Shown in pieces: positions 9,919-21,200 of a DNA stretch of 52,458 nt (its first letter is position 1; each line of letters starts with the position of its first letter). The DNA comes from Octopus bimaculoides. Lineage: Eukaryota. The stretch is from the NCBI RefSeq assembly GCF_001194135.2, contig NC_068998.1, positions 32,126,740 to 32,179,197 on the forward strand. The letters are read 5' to 3'. The notes below the pieces were generated by a model. That model searched no databases and was not told the origin of the DNA. It saw nothing but the letters and a program-made list of their open reading frames with translations. The position numbers and the translations under genes were made by a program.

Positions 9919-12029
9919 TTATCATACTTGTGGTGTTGTTTGTTGCTATGGCAAAAAAATATATATGACTATGGGGAAGTATTAGCTTGCTTGGAAACAG
10001 GTAAGAGTTGGCAACAGAAAGGGCATCCAGCCATAGAAAATCTGCCTTAGCAAATTCTGTCTGATCCATACAAGCATGGTAAAATAAATATTAAATGATA
10101 ATGGTGGACATAAACTACCTGTGCTAGATTAATCTACAATATACAGAGATGCTGTTGTATAATTTATTGAGACTTAACTTGTTTAAATTAAGCTATGATA
10201 AATTAAACTATAGCAGAGATGCTGTCTGTTCTAAAATGGAAAAAAAAGCAATATAAAAAGACATTACTTGTTCTAAATTAAATAACAAAATATTGAGCCA
10301 TTTACTGTTCTAAATTAAAATAAAATAAAGTACAATTTAGAAACACTACTTGTCTAAATGAAACTACAATATGTAGACATTGCCTGTCCTATACAAAACC
10401 ATAATGAACAGTGACACTGATTGTTCCAAATTGATCTAAAATATATAGACACTGCCTCTTCTAAATGCAAATGTTATATACTTAGATACTGCCTGATTTA
10501 AATTAAACTACCATTATGTTGTAATTCTGCATCTTTTTAATTTAAATTCAATATACAGATATACTGCCTGTCATTAATTTAATTAATATACAGTGAGACA
10601 TTGTTATTTGTTAAATTACAGAGACAGTACCTTTTCTAAAATAAAGGACCAGCTTGTTCTAAGTTAAACTACAATGTAGAGAAACACGGTCTGTTATAAA
10701 TCAAACTGTGGACACAAAAACATTGCCTGTTCTAAATGAAACTATTTACATTGTAGCACATACAGAAATAGTATTTGTTCTTGAATGAATTACATTGATG
10801 AGAGATATTGCCTATTCTAAATTAAACTATAGTATATAAAGACACTGCCCGTTTTAAATTAAACGATTGTATATATATATANNNNNNNNNNATACACACC
10901 CTATCTGTTCTAAATTAAATTTCAATAGGTTGGAACAATGGTTGCTGTAAATCAATCTTACAAATGTAATGTTAGTACTGTATTTCCCCTTCTCCTCTCC
11001 CCCCTCTCTCTCTCCACTATCTGTACTAATGAACTTCTTTAAACAGAAACAGTTACTGTATTGAATTGTGCGATTCTAAACTTCAATACTGTAAAATGCA
11101 TTTCATATCAGTTATGTTAACATCTGTAAATTGGTGTATTTTCATAGGAAACAGCTGTTTAAATCTGCATTAGCATCTGCTGTTGATTCTGTTTTATATT
11201 TTCTTGATTGTTTTTGTTATTCCAACATTTTGATTGTGTATGTTTACATGAATTGGTAAATAAATTTGATACAATCACATTTCTTTTAAACTTGAATAAA
11301 AGAATGTACACGCATATAATGGCTGAGAGCAATAAGATTTGTAGAAGAGAGATTTTAAATTTCTCAATGTTCAACACTGTTATTTTGAAAGAAGCAATAT
11401 TTTGTAGTCTTTGTGATTGTGATAGATATTTGCAATATGAATAAATTAATCATAATGGATGTTTAAGAAACATAACAATCAGTGTTTAGATAAATTGCTG
11501 TATTAAACATAATTTAAAATCAATATTAATGCAACAGACATTGTCATAGAAAGCAAATTTTTTCTCTCTTTCATTTGAGAAAAAGACTAAAAATTAAGGA
11601 AAGCTTTATATTGTTCCAGTAACAAAAATGTGATAATTCAAAGATAAGTATATTGGATGTTCTAACAACAGACATTAATCTTTAATTGAAAATAGCTTTT
11701 CAACCAGCCAAATGTGAATCATTATCAACATCAAGATCAACTCTATCATTAGCAAGATCATCATTATCATTGTCACCATTTCTGCCTTCTTAATCATTGT
11801 TAGCACAGTTTTCCTTCTTGCTATCATAAATCATTATCTGCGGAAATTCTTTCATGAAAGATAATAGTGATGGATCTATGATAAAATTTAAAATTACACT
11901 TCATCTAAATTAATTCTTGTGAAATACCATTCTTTTGAGCAATTGCACATTTAATATATGTGTGTGTATGTATGTGTGTCTAGATAGTTAGATAGATAAA
12001 CACACATACACAAATATATGTGCAATGGG

Positions 12030-12125
12030 CTCCCCTATAGTTTCTATCTACCAAATTCACTCACAATGCATCAGTTGGCCTAGGACTATAGCAATAGGTA
12101 CATGCCAAAATACCATGCATATATG
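12030..12125 (-). mobile_element. SINE family A, fragment
   Basis: agtttctatctaccaaattcactcacaa...gactatagc matches family A on the minus strand. Confidence 0.6.
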
Positions 12126-12189
12126 ATGATTGCTTCATCTTGACAGATGATAGCCTCCCATCAACACACACCACACACAGCACAATCCC

Positions 12190-12780
12190 TCTGTTGATGA
12201 GCCCTTAGAGGACTTTTAAGACCAGCTGCTGACTGACAGGGTTTAAAACACAAGTGACAGATATTATTCAAGTTTCTTCTATATCTTTTCCCTTTGGAAT
12301 CTGATTCTGAAGGAATGTTTTTGTGACCTAGCATATGTCTTTTAAGTCCAGATATTGTCTAACAAGTTTTGTAACAATATAACACAAGTCATAAGAGGCA
12401 GGTGGTGTTCAAAATTATTACCTACCTGGACTTTTTGATTTTCGTGTGACTTCATTTGATTCACATATCCTGCTTTGGACAACAAAACATGATCACACAT
12501 AATACATATCCTATAATCGCTGTTGATTTCAGTTCCAATTGTTCCTTTGTGATAGGCCCTTTTAAGCTCAGAGTGCTGAATCATCTTTTCCTCTCAGGCA
12601 TTACAACCAGTCTTAACAGCACTACTATTATAGTATAATTCAGATAAAAACCTTGTAGTGTGCATTTAGGTGTTCTTATGCCATTATTTGGCTACCACAT
12701 GTTACTCTACAGTTGGATATTTTCCAGTGCTGGATATACATGTGGACCTTCTTTATGCATAAGAGTAATACGAGAAGAAT
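12190..12780 (-). mobile_element. Decayed RTE LINE 3' end with C2H2-like fingers
   Basis: EEKMIQHSELKRAYHKG...CIMCDHVLLSKAGYVNQMKSH and a downstream CHLCFKPCQSAAGLKSPLRAH, in the same layout as the 2360-3145 element. Confidence 0.6.
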
Positions 12781-13034
12781 ATAACATGAAGACAAAGGAT
12801 ATCAGGCGTTAATAGTAGATTGCAACATTTGTGTCTGCACTGCACACCAGCTTTAAGTTGCTGAGTTTATATTCATGTACCATTATACGAGATTATTCTT
12901 TGTAGTTTCTATATAGTTGAATATTTTTTAGCAACAACTCTGTATGGGTGCTTCATCAGATGGAATACGATTACGTCCTGGACTTGTGAACTACTGTTAA
13001 AGCCTGTTATCATCGATCCTTGTATTATGTTCAT

Positions 13035-14583
13035 CATCATAATCATCATCGTCGTTTAACATCTGCTTTCAATGCTGGCATGGGTTGGACGGTTTGACTG
13101 AGGGGTGGCAAGTCAGAATTCTGCACCAGGCTCCAATCTGATCTTGCAATATTTCTACAGTTGGATGTCTTTCCTAATGCCAACCACTCCGAGAGTGTAG
13201 TAGGTGCTTTTTATGTGCCACCGGCATGAGGGCCAGTCAGAGGGTACTGGCATCGGCCATGTTTGAATGGTGCTTTTTACATGCCCCCAGCAGGGGAGCC
13301 AGTCTAGCGGCACTGGCAATGACCATGCTCAGATGGTGCTATTTAGGTACCACCAGCACAGGACCAGTCAAGCGGCACTGGCATCAACCATACTCGAATG
13401 ATGCTTTTTACATGCCATTGGCATGGGTGCCAATCAGGCAGTATGGTTATTGGTCATGACAGTGACTTCACTTGTCTCAACTGGTCTTCACAAGTGCATT
13501 TTATTGCCCAATGATTGAAGAGTATTCTTAAATGGGCTGGTTATGCTGCACTGGCATAGGCCACAGTTACAATCTCACTTGGCTTGCTGGGTCTTCTCAA
13601 GCACAGCATACCTCCAAAGGTCTTGGTCACTTGTCATTGCCTTGGTGAGGCCCAATGTTTGAAGGTCGTGCTTCACCACCTCATCCCAGGTCTTTCTGGG
13701 TCTACCTCTTCCACATGTTTCCTCTACTGTTAGGGTGTGACACTTTTTCACACAGCTGTCCTCATCCATACACAACACATGACCATACCAGCACAGTCGT
13801 CTCTCTTGCACACCACAACTGATGCTTCTTATGTGCAACTTTTCTCTCAGGGCACTTCCACTCTGTCATGTATGCACACTGACATTACACATCCAGCGGA
13901 ACATACTGGCTTCATTCCTTGCAAGCTAACGCATGTCCTCAGCAGTCACAGCCTATGTTTCACTACCATGTAACATGGCTGTTCATACACATGCATCATA
14001 CAGTCTACCTTTTACTCTGAGCGAGAGTCCCTTTGTCACCAGCAGAGGAGCTCTCTGAACTTTGCCCAGGCTATTCTTATTCTAGCAGCTACACTCCCAG
14101 AGCAACTACCCATGCTACTAACTTGGTCACCTAGTTAACAGAAGCTATCAACTATTTGTAGTTTTTCCTCTCGGAATGTGATGGAAGCTGTTTTCTGCAC
14201 ATTTTCAGTGATTATTGCCCCTGAGTATCTGCCACATACAAAAACTATCTCCCCACTTAGCCTTCCTTTGATATTGCTGCACCTCTTATGTGTCCATAGG
14301 TTACACCAGGTACATCTTATGGAGATTCTACCTATGCCTTTTCTACAGATCGAGCATAGCCATCTACCTGAAAAGATTTGTGGTTTGTCTGCCTTCCTAC
14401 TTATTAAGACTTTGGTTTTTGCTAGATTGACTCTAAGGTCCTTTGATTTTAGACCTTGCTTCCACACCTGAAACTTCTCCTCTAGTTCTGATAGTAACTC
14501 AGCTATTAGAGCATGGTCATCAGCATAGAGAAGCTCCCAGGAGCATCCTATCTTGAATTCCTGTGTTATTGCCTGGAGAACTA
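13035..14583 (-). mobile_element. 5'-truncated RTE LINE (RT C-half, PHD-like insert, C-terminus, 3' UTR with 66-bp repeats, (GAT)n tail)
   Basis: WELLYADDHALIAE...RVNLAKTKVL (RT), CSICRKGIGRISIRCTWCNLWTHKRCS...CGRY, VQERRLCWYGHVLCMDEDSCVKKC...GRGRPRKTWDEVV; stops and frameshifts present. Confidence 0.9.
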
Positions 14584-14848
14584 TGATGGTGCTTTTTATG
14601 TGCCACTGGCACAGGAGCCAGTCAGGCTGCACTGGTAATGATCATGCTTAGATGGTGCTTTTTAGGTGCCACCAGCACGAGACAAGTCAGGTGGCACTGG
14701 CATTGACCATGCTTGAATGGTGCTTTTTATGTGCCAATCAGGCAGTACTGTCATTGGCCATGACAATGACTTCACTTGTCTCAACAGGTCTTCGCAAGTG
14801 AAGTTTATTGCTTAATGATTGAAGGGTACTCTGAAATGGGCTGGTTAA
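14584..14848 (-). mobile_element. Second copy of the same RTE 3' UTR segment, fused at the 5' truncation point
   Basis: Closely matches 13270-13545 (ggtgctttttatgtgcca repeats, gacttcacttgtctcaac...aatgggctggtta) in the same orientation. Confidence 0.8.
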
Positions 14849-15084
14849 TTATTTGTATCTAATGCATCACCTTTACCTTTGTAGTAGTTGACTATGGTGT
14901 TGTTGCATCAGTCACTGGGTATGACTCTTTCATGTATTACCTGATTGACTATACGGGTGACTAGACTATATCTGACACTGCCAGATATTTTAAGCATCTC
15001 TACGGTGATTCCTGATGGGTCGCGGGCTTTCCCTATTTTCATACCCTTAATATTATTCTTATATATAATAATGGACTTTCCCAT

Positions 15085-15370
15085 CATTAGATGACATGAG
15101 GGTCTGACAATTTCTTACTGAACAACCACACAGATGATTTGTTTATAGTGATCAAATGTTTGTGTAGACATAAGCTCACTCCCTCTATCAGATCGACATT
15201 ATCTGTACAGGTGCAATAGGCGCAACGTGTCAGATTTCGAAATGGTTGCAGAGCAACATGAAATGAAATACTTTGCTCAAGTACACAATGCAATGCCTGG
15301 TCTGGAAATCGAACCCACGATCTTACAATTGTGAGTGTAACACTTTAACCACTAAGCCATGCACCTTCAC
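15085..15370 (-). mobile_element. tRNA-derived SINE (family D)
   Basis: Minus-strand head gtgaaggtgcaTGGCTTAGTGGttaaagtgttacactcacaattgtaagatcgtgGGTTCGATTTCC has A-box and B-box motifs, followed by a non-tRNA body. Confidence 0.75.
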
Positions 15371-15393
15371 GTATATATGTATATAAATATATA

Positions 15394-15805
15394 GCCACAA
15401 GCATGGATGTGTGGTAAGAAGCTTGCTCCCTAACAATATGATTCTGGATTCAGTCCCACTGCATGGCACCTTGGGCAAGTGTCTGCTACTATAGCCTCAG
15501 GCCAATCAAAGCCTTGAGAATAGACTTGATAGACAGAAACTGAAAGGAGCCTGTCATATATATACATATATATTTTTTCTATGTCTGTGTATCTTTGTGT
15601 CTGTGCTTGTCCATCACCACTTAACAAATGGTGTTGGTGTGTTTACATCCTCATAACCTAGTGATTCAGTAGAAGAGGCTGATAGAATAAGTACTAGGCT
15701 TAAAAAAATAAGTCCTGGGGTCGATTTGTTTGACTACCTCTGTTCAAGGTGGTGCTCTAGCATGGCCACAATCAAATGACTGAAACAAGTAAAAGAATAA
15801 AAGAT
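15394..15805 (+). mobile_element. tRNA-derived SINE family A, full length, with central microsatellite
   Basis: tRNA-like head (gtgtggtaagaagcttgct...ggattcagtcccactgc), central (TA)/(GT) tract, tail gatagaataagtactagg...atggccacaatcaaatgactgaaacaag; matches 34939-35427, 45700-46087 and 46664-47045. Confidence 0.85.
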
Positions 15806-15869
15806 TAAAAAAATATATTTATGTGTATATCATATAAGTACAAATATAGCTATAGGTGCAGACAAGGCT

Positions 15870-16045
15870 ATAGGCATAACAGTTGCATGTGTGTTAAGAA
15901 GGTTTGCTTCCCACATACATGGTTCTGGGTTCAGTCCTACGGTATGGTACCTTGGCAAAGTATCTTCTGCCTATAGCCCCATGCTGACGAAAGCCTTGTG
16001 AGTTGATATAGGTTGACAGAAACTGAAAGAAGTCCATCATATATA
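15870..16045 (+). mobile_element. SINE family A, 5' half
   Basis: Head through aactgaaagaagtccatcat(ta)n, then interrupted by a hairpin element. Confidence 0.7.
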
Positions 16046-16050
16046 TATAC

Positions 16051-16123
16051 ATATATAAATTTAATGAATGGAGTAAAACGCATATTTTAACTGCATTTTA
16101 CTCCATTCATTAAATTTATATAT
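16051..16123. repeat. Perfect 28-bp inverted repeat (hairpin) within (TA)n
   Basis: atatataaatttaatgaatggagtaaaa at 16051-16078; reverse complement at 16096-16123. Confidence 0.85.
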
Positions 16124-16979
16124 ACTCAAGTACCCAAAATATCAAGGAGTTTCTACCTCATAAACAGGAGTTACACCACAGTTATTTTGTGATCTTTGCT
16201 ACCCTGGTATCTATTAACCAATTTATTTTGTTCGAGTTATTTATTAATTAGGAGAAAATAAATACATATAATAAATTATATATATATATGTATATATATA
16301 CATATGTATATATATGCATGTATATATATATGTATGTATATATATATATATNNNNNNNNNNAAATGGGAGAAATTATAATTATTCCCTTTAAATATATTT
16401 ATTTATATTAAGGGCATTTATACACATAAATGCCTCATGCTATAAAGGACTCTTAAAGTCAAAACTACAATAATAAATACAGTGTACCGAACATGAGGGA
16501 ATGCAACTCTTAAAATGAGCTCCTTAAAAAAACAGATTCAGCCACATATCAAATGATCTCATAATTAGCATACAAAATGCACTTTTTAATTGACAGTGCA
16601 AGCACAATCAAGACACATAAAAATGAACAAAAATCAACATACTAGACAAACACCAAATGTATCCAACATAGCATATTAGAGTTGATCATTCATATATATC
16701 TATGTAAGAGGCGAGCTTTTTGAATTGCATCTCAGTACACGTGTATATTCAGAATAATTCAGCACTGAAAATATGCCGGTTAAATTTAAAATTTAAAAAT
16801 AGGATAAAATCTTTATAAGAATTTATCAAGTAGTCAGCATGAAAAAACCTCAAAAAGGGAATAATTTTAAGTTGAGTGCACAACAACACTCACTAGCAAT
16901 ACCAAGAAGCCCAGACACAAGCAAAGCATACAACATCCAGCTCAGTAGAGTGACAGATTTTATATGTGAGTTAACCTTC

Positions 16980-17232
16980 TGTGTGTGTGTGTGTGTGTGT
17001 GTGTTTGTGTCTCCTTGTTTTGAAAATGATTTTCACTGTCATATAAGCAGTGTCATTCATTTCCAATATTCTGTGAGATCATGTCTAGTCATGGAGAAAT
17101 ATCATCTTGCTTGGAAACAGGTAAGGGTTGGTGACAGGAAGGGTATCTGGCTGTAGAAAATCTGCCTCAGTAAAATCTCAATCCTAACCATGCAAGCATG
17201 GAAAACTGATGTTTAATAGTGATGATGATGAT
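16980..17232 (+). mobile_element. SINE family C 3' half with RTE-like tail
   Basis: (GT)n followed by cttgcttggaaacaggtaagggttggtgacaggaagggtatctggctgtagaaaatctgcctc...catgcaagcatggaaa...(gat)n. Confidence 0.7.
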
Positions 17233-17239
17233 TATTATA

Positions 17240-17420
17240 TCATCATCATCATCATCATCATTTAACATTCCTTTTTCCATGCTAGCATGGGTTTGACAAT
17301 TCAACATGAACTGACAAGCAAGGGGGCTGCGTAGAGCTCGAATGTCTGCTTTGGTATGGTTTCAACAGTTGAATGTCCTTCCTAACATTAATCACTTCAT
17401 TGAGTGCATTGGGAGTTTTT
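17240..17420 (-). mobile_element. Decayed RTE 3' tail
   Basis: (cat)n ttaacattcctttttccatgctagcatgggtttgac...ccttcctaac is the reverse complement of the tail at 100-267. Confidence 0.65.
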
Positions 17421-18289
17421 AAGTCTATAGATATATATTTTAGTTGTAGTTAAGCTATAAAATTATAAATCTAGGATTATAACCTCAAATGCTTTAGCAA
17501 GATTTGGAGCAATAATTCTACAAGAATCATTTCTGATTTTTCCCTCAAGCACAATATAAAAATAAAGGTCACATTATTCAGAGCATTCTGCTTTGTATAA
17601 AATAAGTTGTTATTTGAGAAATATTAAGCTGTTATTTCTGCTAGGTCAAGTAACTGCATAGGAGCTTCCTTGTTAATACAATGCAGACATAAGAAAAATT
17701 GATGAGAAAACATGGGTGTAGTTCTTGTTTGCATTTCTCTTTTGTTTCAGTTTGTTTGCTTTCAAGCCTGTTTTTCTTTTTGTAGTTTGCTGATTGAACA
17801 AATTTGTGGATACATTTACAGTTCAAAATTTAGAATTAGTTTTCTTTTATCTGTTTTAGTTACAAGTTAATTAATTTGGAACAGTAACTAAATTTTATTA
17901 TCATTTGGAATTAATTTTACAATATCAATTCTATAAATTCAAGCTTTGATATCGTTAGTTTGGCATAAGGAACTCTGATAAAAGAAAAGAAAAAGGAAAC
18001 AGTGATTATAAAGATTTCTTTCACTTTTTGAAAGTTATCACAATTTTTCCCAGACAAGTAAAAAATCCTTCATTTAGATTTTCATTTATGCTGATGATGA
18101 TTTAGATGTATATATTATGGTGTGCACAATAATAATATTGAAAACTTCTAATTTATCTACTCCCCACCCCATAGCAGTTGTGTATCCATGAAGGTTTTAT
18201 GGGACTGAAAGAAATTGTAATTGTAATCCATGCTGCAGCTTGTACCTGTTCACTAAGCTGAAGGACCTGCTACCTTCAGGCAAGTGACT

Positions 18290-21200
18290 GCAAAGATCTT
18301 TTCAGATGCTGAAAACATCCCCACAACTTCCCTCCCAGGATTCCCAGGTTCACAAGCTCAGAGCTGTCACAATTAATGTTGGCACAATAAAAAGTATGTT
18401 TGGTGAGATTGTGAGAGTTGTTGAAATGCTTGAACATTGGCATGTAGATGTCAGCAGGAGAGACTCAGCTAGATTGCTCATGGGCAGGGAAGCAATACCA
18501 GGTTAGGTGGCATAGGTATTCTTCTGACAGAGAAATGGGTGGATAAGGTGATTAAGCTAATCAGGGTGAGTGGTAGGATTATAAAACTTAGATTAGTTCT
18601 GTTTAATGTAACAGTCTCATTTATCTCTGCATTTGCTCTACATGTAGAACTCACAGATATTCAGAATCCTTTCGACAAACTGCCTCATTGTGGCAGGAAA
18701 ATTCAATGGCCAAGCTGGAAAACACTCTGATGGTAATCATGGTAAGCATGGTGGGTACAGCTTTGGTTCCAGAAAGGAGGAGGGAGCAAGACTGCTGGAG
18801 TTCTGTGATGCAGATCACTTAATGATTTGCAACACCAACTTCAGAAAACCTGCCGGCCCTCTAGTCATTTATCACTCTGGTGGGCACACTAGCCAGATTG
18901 ACTACATCCTCATCAGAAACAGGACAGATGTATGCTTGTGAATGCAAAGTCCTTCCCAGGTGAAGAATGTACGACTCAACGTTGGTTAGAGGTTAGTGAC
19001 TTCAAATTAAGGATCCCAGAAGACATGCTGATATGGAAAAGGAGTTTATGGAAGATGAAAGATCCTTAAAATGGATAGATATTTAGAAATGTCTTTGATG
19101 AGAAGGAGGTAGAGATGGAGACATACAACATACAGGTCAACTGGAAGTTCTTACAGGACAATCTACTGAGAACAACAAACTAAATCTGTGGTTGGAGCAG
19201 AGCTTCTGCCAGACCAAAGGTGACATAGTGGTCAGTGAGGTCAATAGGGTTATAAAAGAGAAGAGATGGGCTTGGAAACAGTGGAAGAGTAGTGGTAGCA
19301 AAGAGCCATATCAGATAGCTTAAAGAGAAGCTAGACATCAGGTATATCTAGCTAGGACAGAAGCAGAATGGAAGAAGTTTGATAATGTCCTATAGCATGA
19401 AAATCAGAGAACTGAGGTGCTCCAGATTGCTAGACATTGTGTTAGAGAGAATCGAGATGTTGTGGGAGAGAAGTGTGTATGGACAGATAATGGTATGCTT
19501 GCTTATAGTGATCCTGAAATGAAAGAGGCATGCATGGAAGAGCTACTATGAATGACTATTAAATGTAGTGAATGAATGGGAGAAAGGAGTCTTTCTCATG
19601 TGAACCCAACAGAGGGACCAGTTATCCTAGTTGACAACGTCATGATAGATAAAACAATTAAAGATATGACGACAGGGGAAGCCCTTGGTTCACCAGGAGT
19701 CACTGCCAAGACACTTAAGATATCTGGCAAAGTTGGATATAGTCCAGTCATGTATAGTTATCAAGTAATTGAGGAAGGCATAATCCCAAGTGACTTGTGC
19801 AGTAGCACCATAATCAGCTGCTACAAAGGCAAGGGAGGCACTTTAGATAAAGTAATTATAAAGGCATCAAATTGCTGAACCAGGTGATGAAGGTTGTAGA
19901 GAGAATTGTAGCCCAATTAATTAGGAACAGAATCAAACCAAATGAAATGCAGTTTGGCTTTGTCCCAGGAAAAAGCACCACAGATGCTATTCATAGTCAG
20001 GAAACTGCAAGAGAAGTATTTAGCTACATTAAGGCTGTTGTACTTGACATTTATTGATCTAGAGAAGGTATTTGATAGAGTTTGTTAGAGTACTTTGCTC
20101 TGTGACATTGTGATCTTTGAGGAAGCTAGGAGTAGAAAAATGGCTTGTAAAAGCAGCACAGGCAATATACAGCAGTGCTGTTCATAAAGTAAGAGTTGAC
20201 CATAGGTACAGTGACAAATTTAGTGTACAGGTGGGTGCTCACCAAGGCTTAGTTCTTAGCCTCCTATTCATCACCATCATCCTCCTGGCCAAAACAGAGG
20301 AATTCAAAACTGGAAGCCCATGGGGACTACTCTATGCTGATGATCTTGCCTTCATAGCAGAATCTGTAACAGAATTAGAAAAGTTCCAGGTGTGGAAACA
20401 GAACCTGGAATCAAAGGGCTTTAAAGTTAACTTAAAGACCAAGATCCTAGTAAGTAAGAAATCAGTTGGGATCCTTCACCTTTCAGGTAAATAATCCTGT
20501 TTGATATGTAGGAAGGGTGTAGGCAGAAATTCCATTCAGTGTACCCAGTGCAAGCTATAGACTCACAAGAGGTGCAGTGGAATAGTAGGAAGGTTAACAG
20601 AGAAAGTAGTGTTTGTATGTGGAAGATGTATGGGAGCCATAAAGACCACAAATACATGGGGAACTGATTTCCTCAAATGTCCCGGTTTCTCTCTGGAAGT
20701 TGTAAATAATATCTGCTATCTAGATGGCCTAATTAGTTGTAGAGGAGATTGTACAGAAAGTGTAATTGTTAGAATAAGAATAGGATAGGGAAAGTTCAAA
20801 GAGCTTTTACTTTTGTTGGCAACCAAAGGTCCCTCTCTCTCTCTGAGTGAAAAGAAGATTGTATGATGCATCTATACAAACTGCAGTGCTATATGGCAGT
20901 GCGACATGGGGCTTGAATGCAGAGGACATGAGAAGACTTGAGAGGAATGAAGCTGATATGTTCTGGTGGAGTGCAATATCAGTGTACATATGTGACAGAG
21001 CACCAGTGTATTGAGAGAAAAGTTAGGCATAAGAGGAATTATATACACTGGGCAAGAGAGGAGACTGTGCTGGTTTGGTCACATGATGTGGATAGATGCA
21101 GACAGTTACATAAAGAAGTGCCAAACACTTAAAGTGGGGGAAAGTTATGCTGAGCCTTACAAAGGAGATGACAGTGGACTGAGGTATGTGGTGCATTGCT

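Larger units (their letters stand above)
9156..10113 (+). mobile_element. tRNA-derived SINE (family A head, RTE-like family C tail) split by two nested insertions
   Basis: Head at 9160-9335 resembles 15394-15550. Tail at 9625-9700 plus 9935-10100 resembles 16980-17232. Flanked by near-identical 27-bp repeats at 9129-9155 and 10114-10140 (2 mismatches; putative TSD). Confidence 0.7.
5500..10925 (+). repeat. Diverged 37-bp tandem satellite (consensus ~CACTGCCTGTTCTAAATTAAACTACAATATACAGAGA), interrupted by TE insertions
   Basis: Successive unit starts are 37 bp apart (8461/8498/8535; 8715/8752/8789/8826; 6170/6207). Units are contiguous with no spacers and carry many substitutions and small indels. 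Confidence 0.9.

Noticed and set aside
5500-10925. CRISPR array (37-bp repeat length is CRISPR-like)
   Set aside because: Units are contiguous with no unique spacers and are highly diverged, there are no cas genes, and the context is eukaryotic.
11159-11870. Q/N-rich and D-rich ORFs
   Set aside because: Low-complexity AT-rich sequence and a decayed (GAT/CAT)n tract with in-frame stops.
15290-15370. tRNA gene (A and B boxes on the minus strand)
   Set aside because: No complete cloverleaf or acceptor stem is evident, and it continues into a SINE body. The same applies to the family A and B heads.
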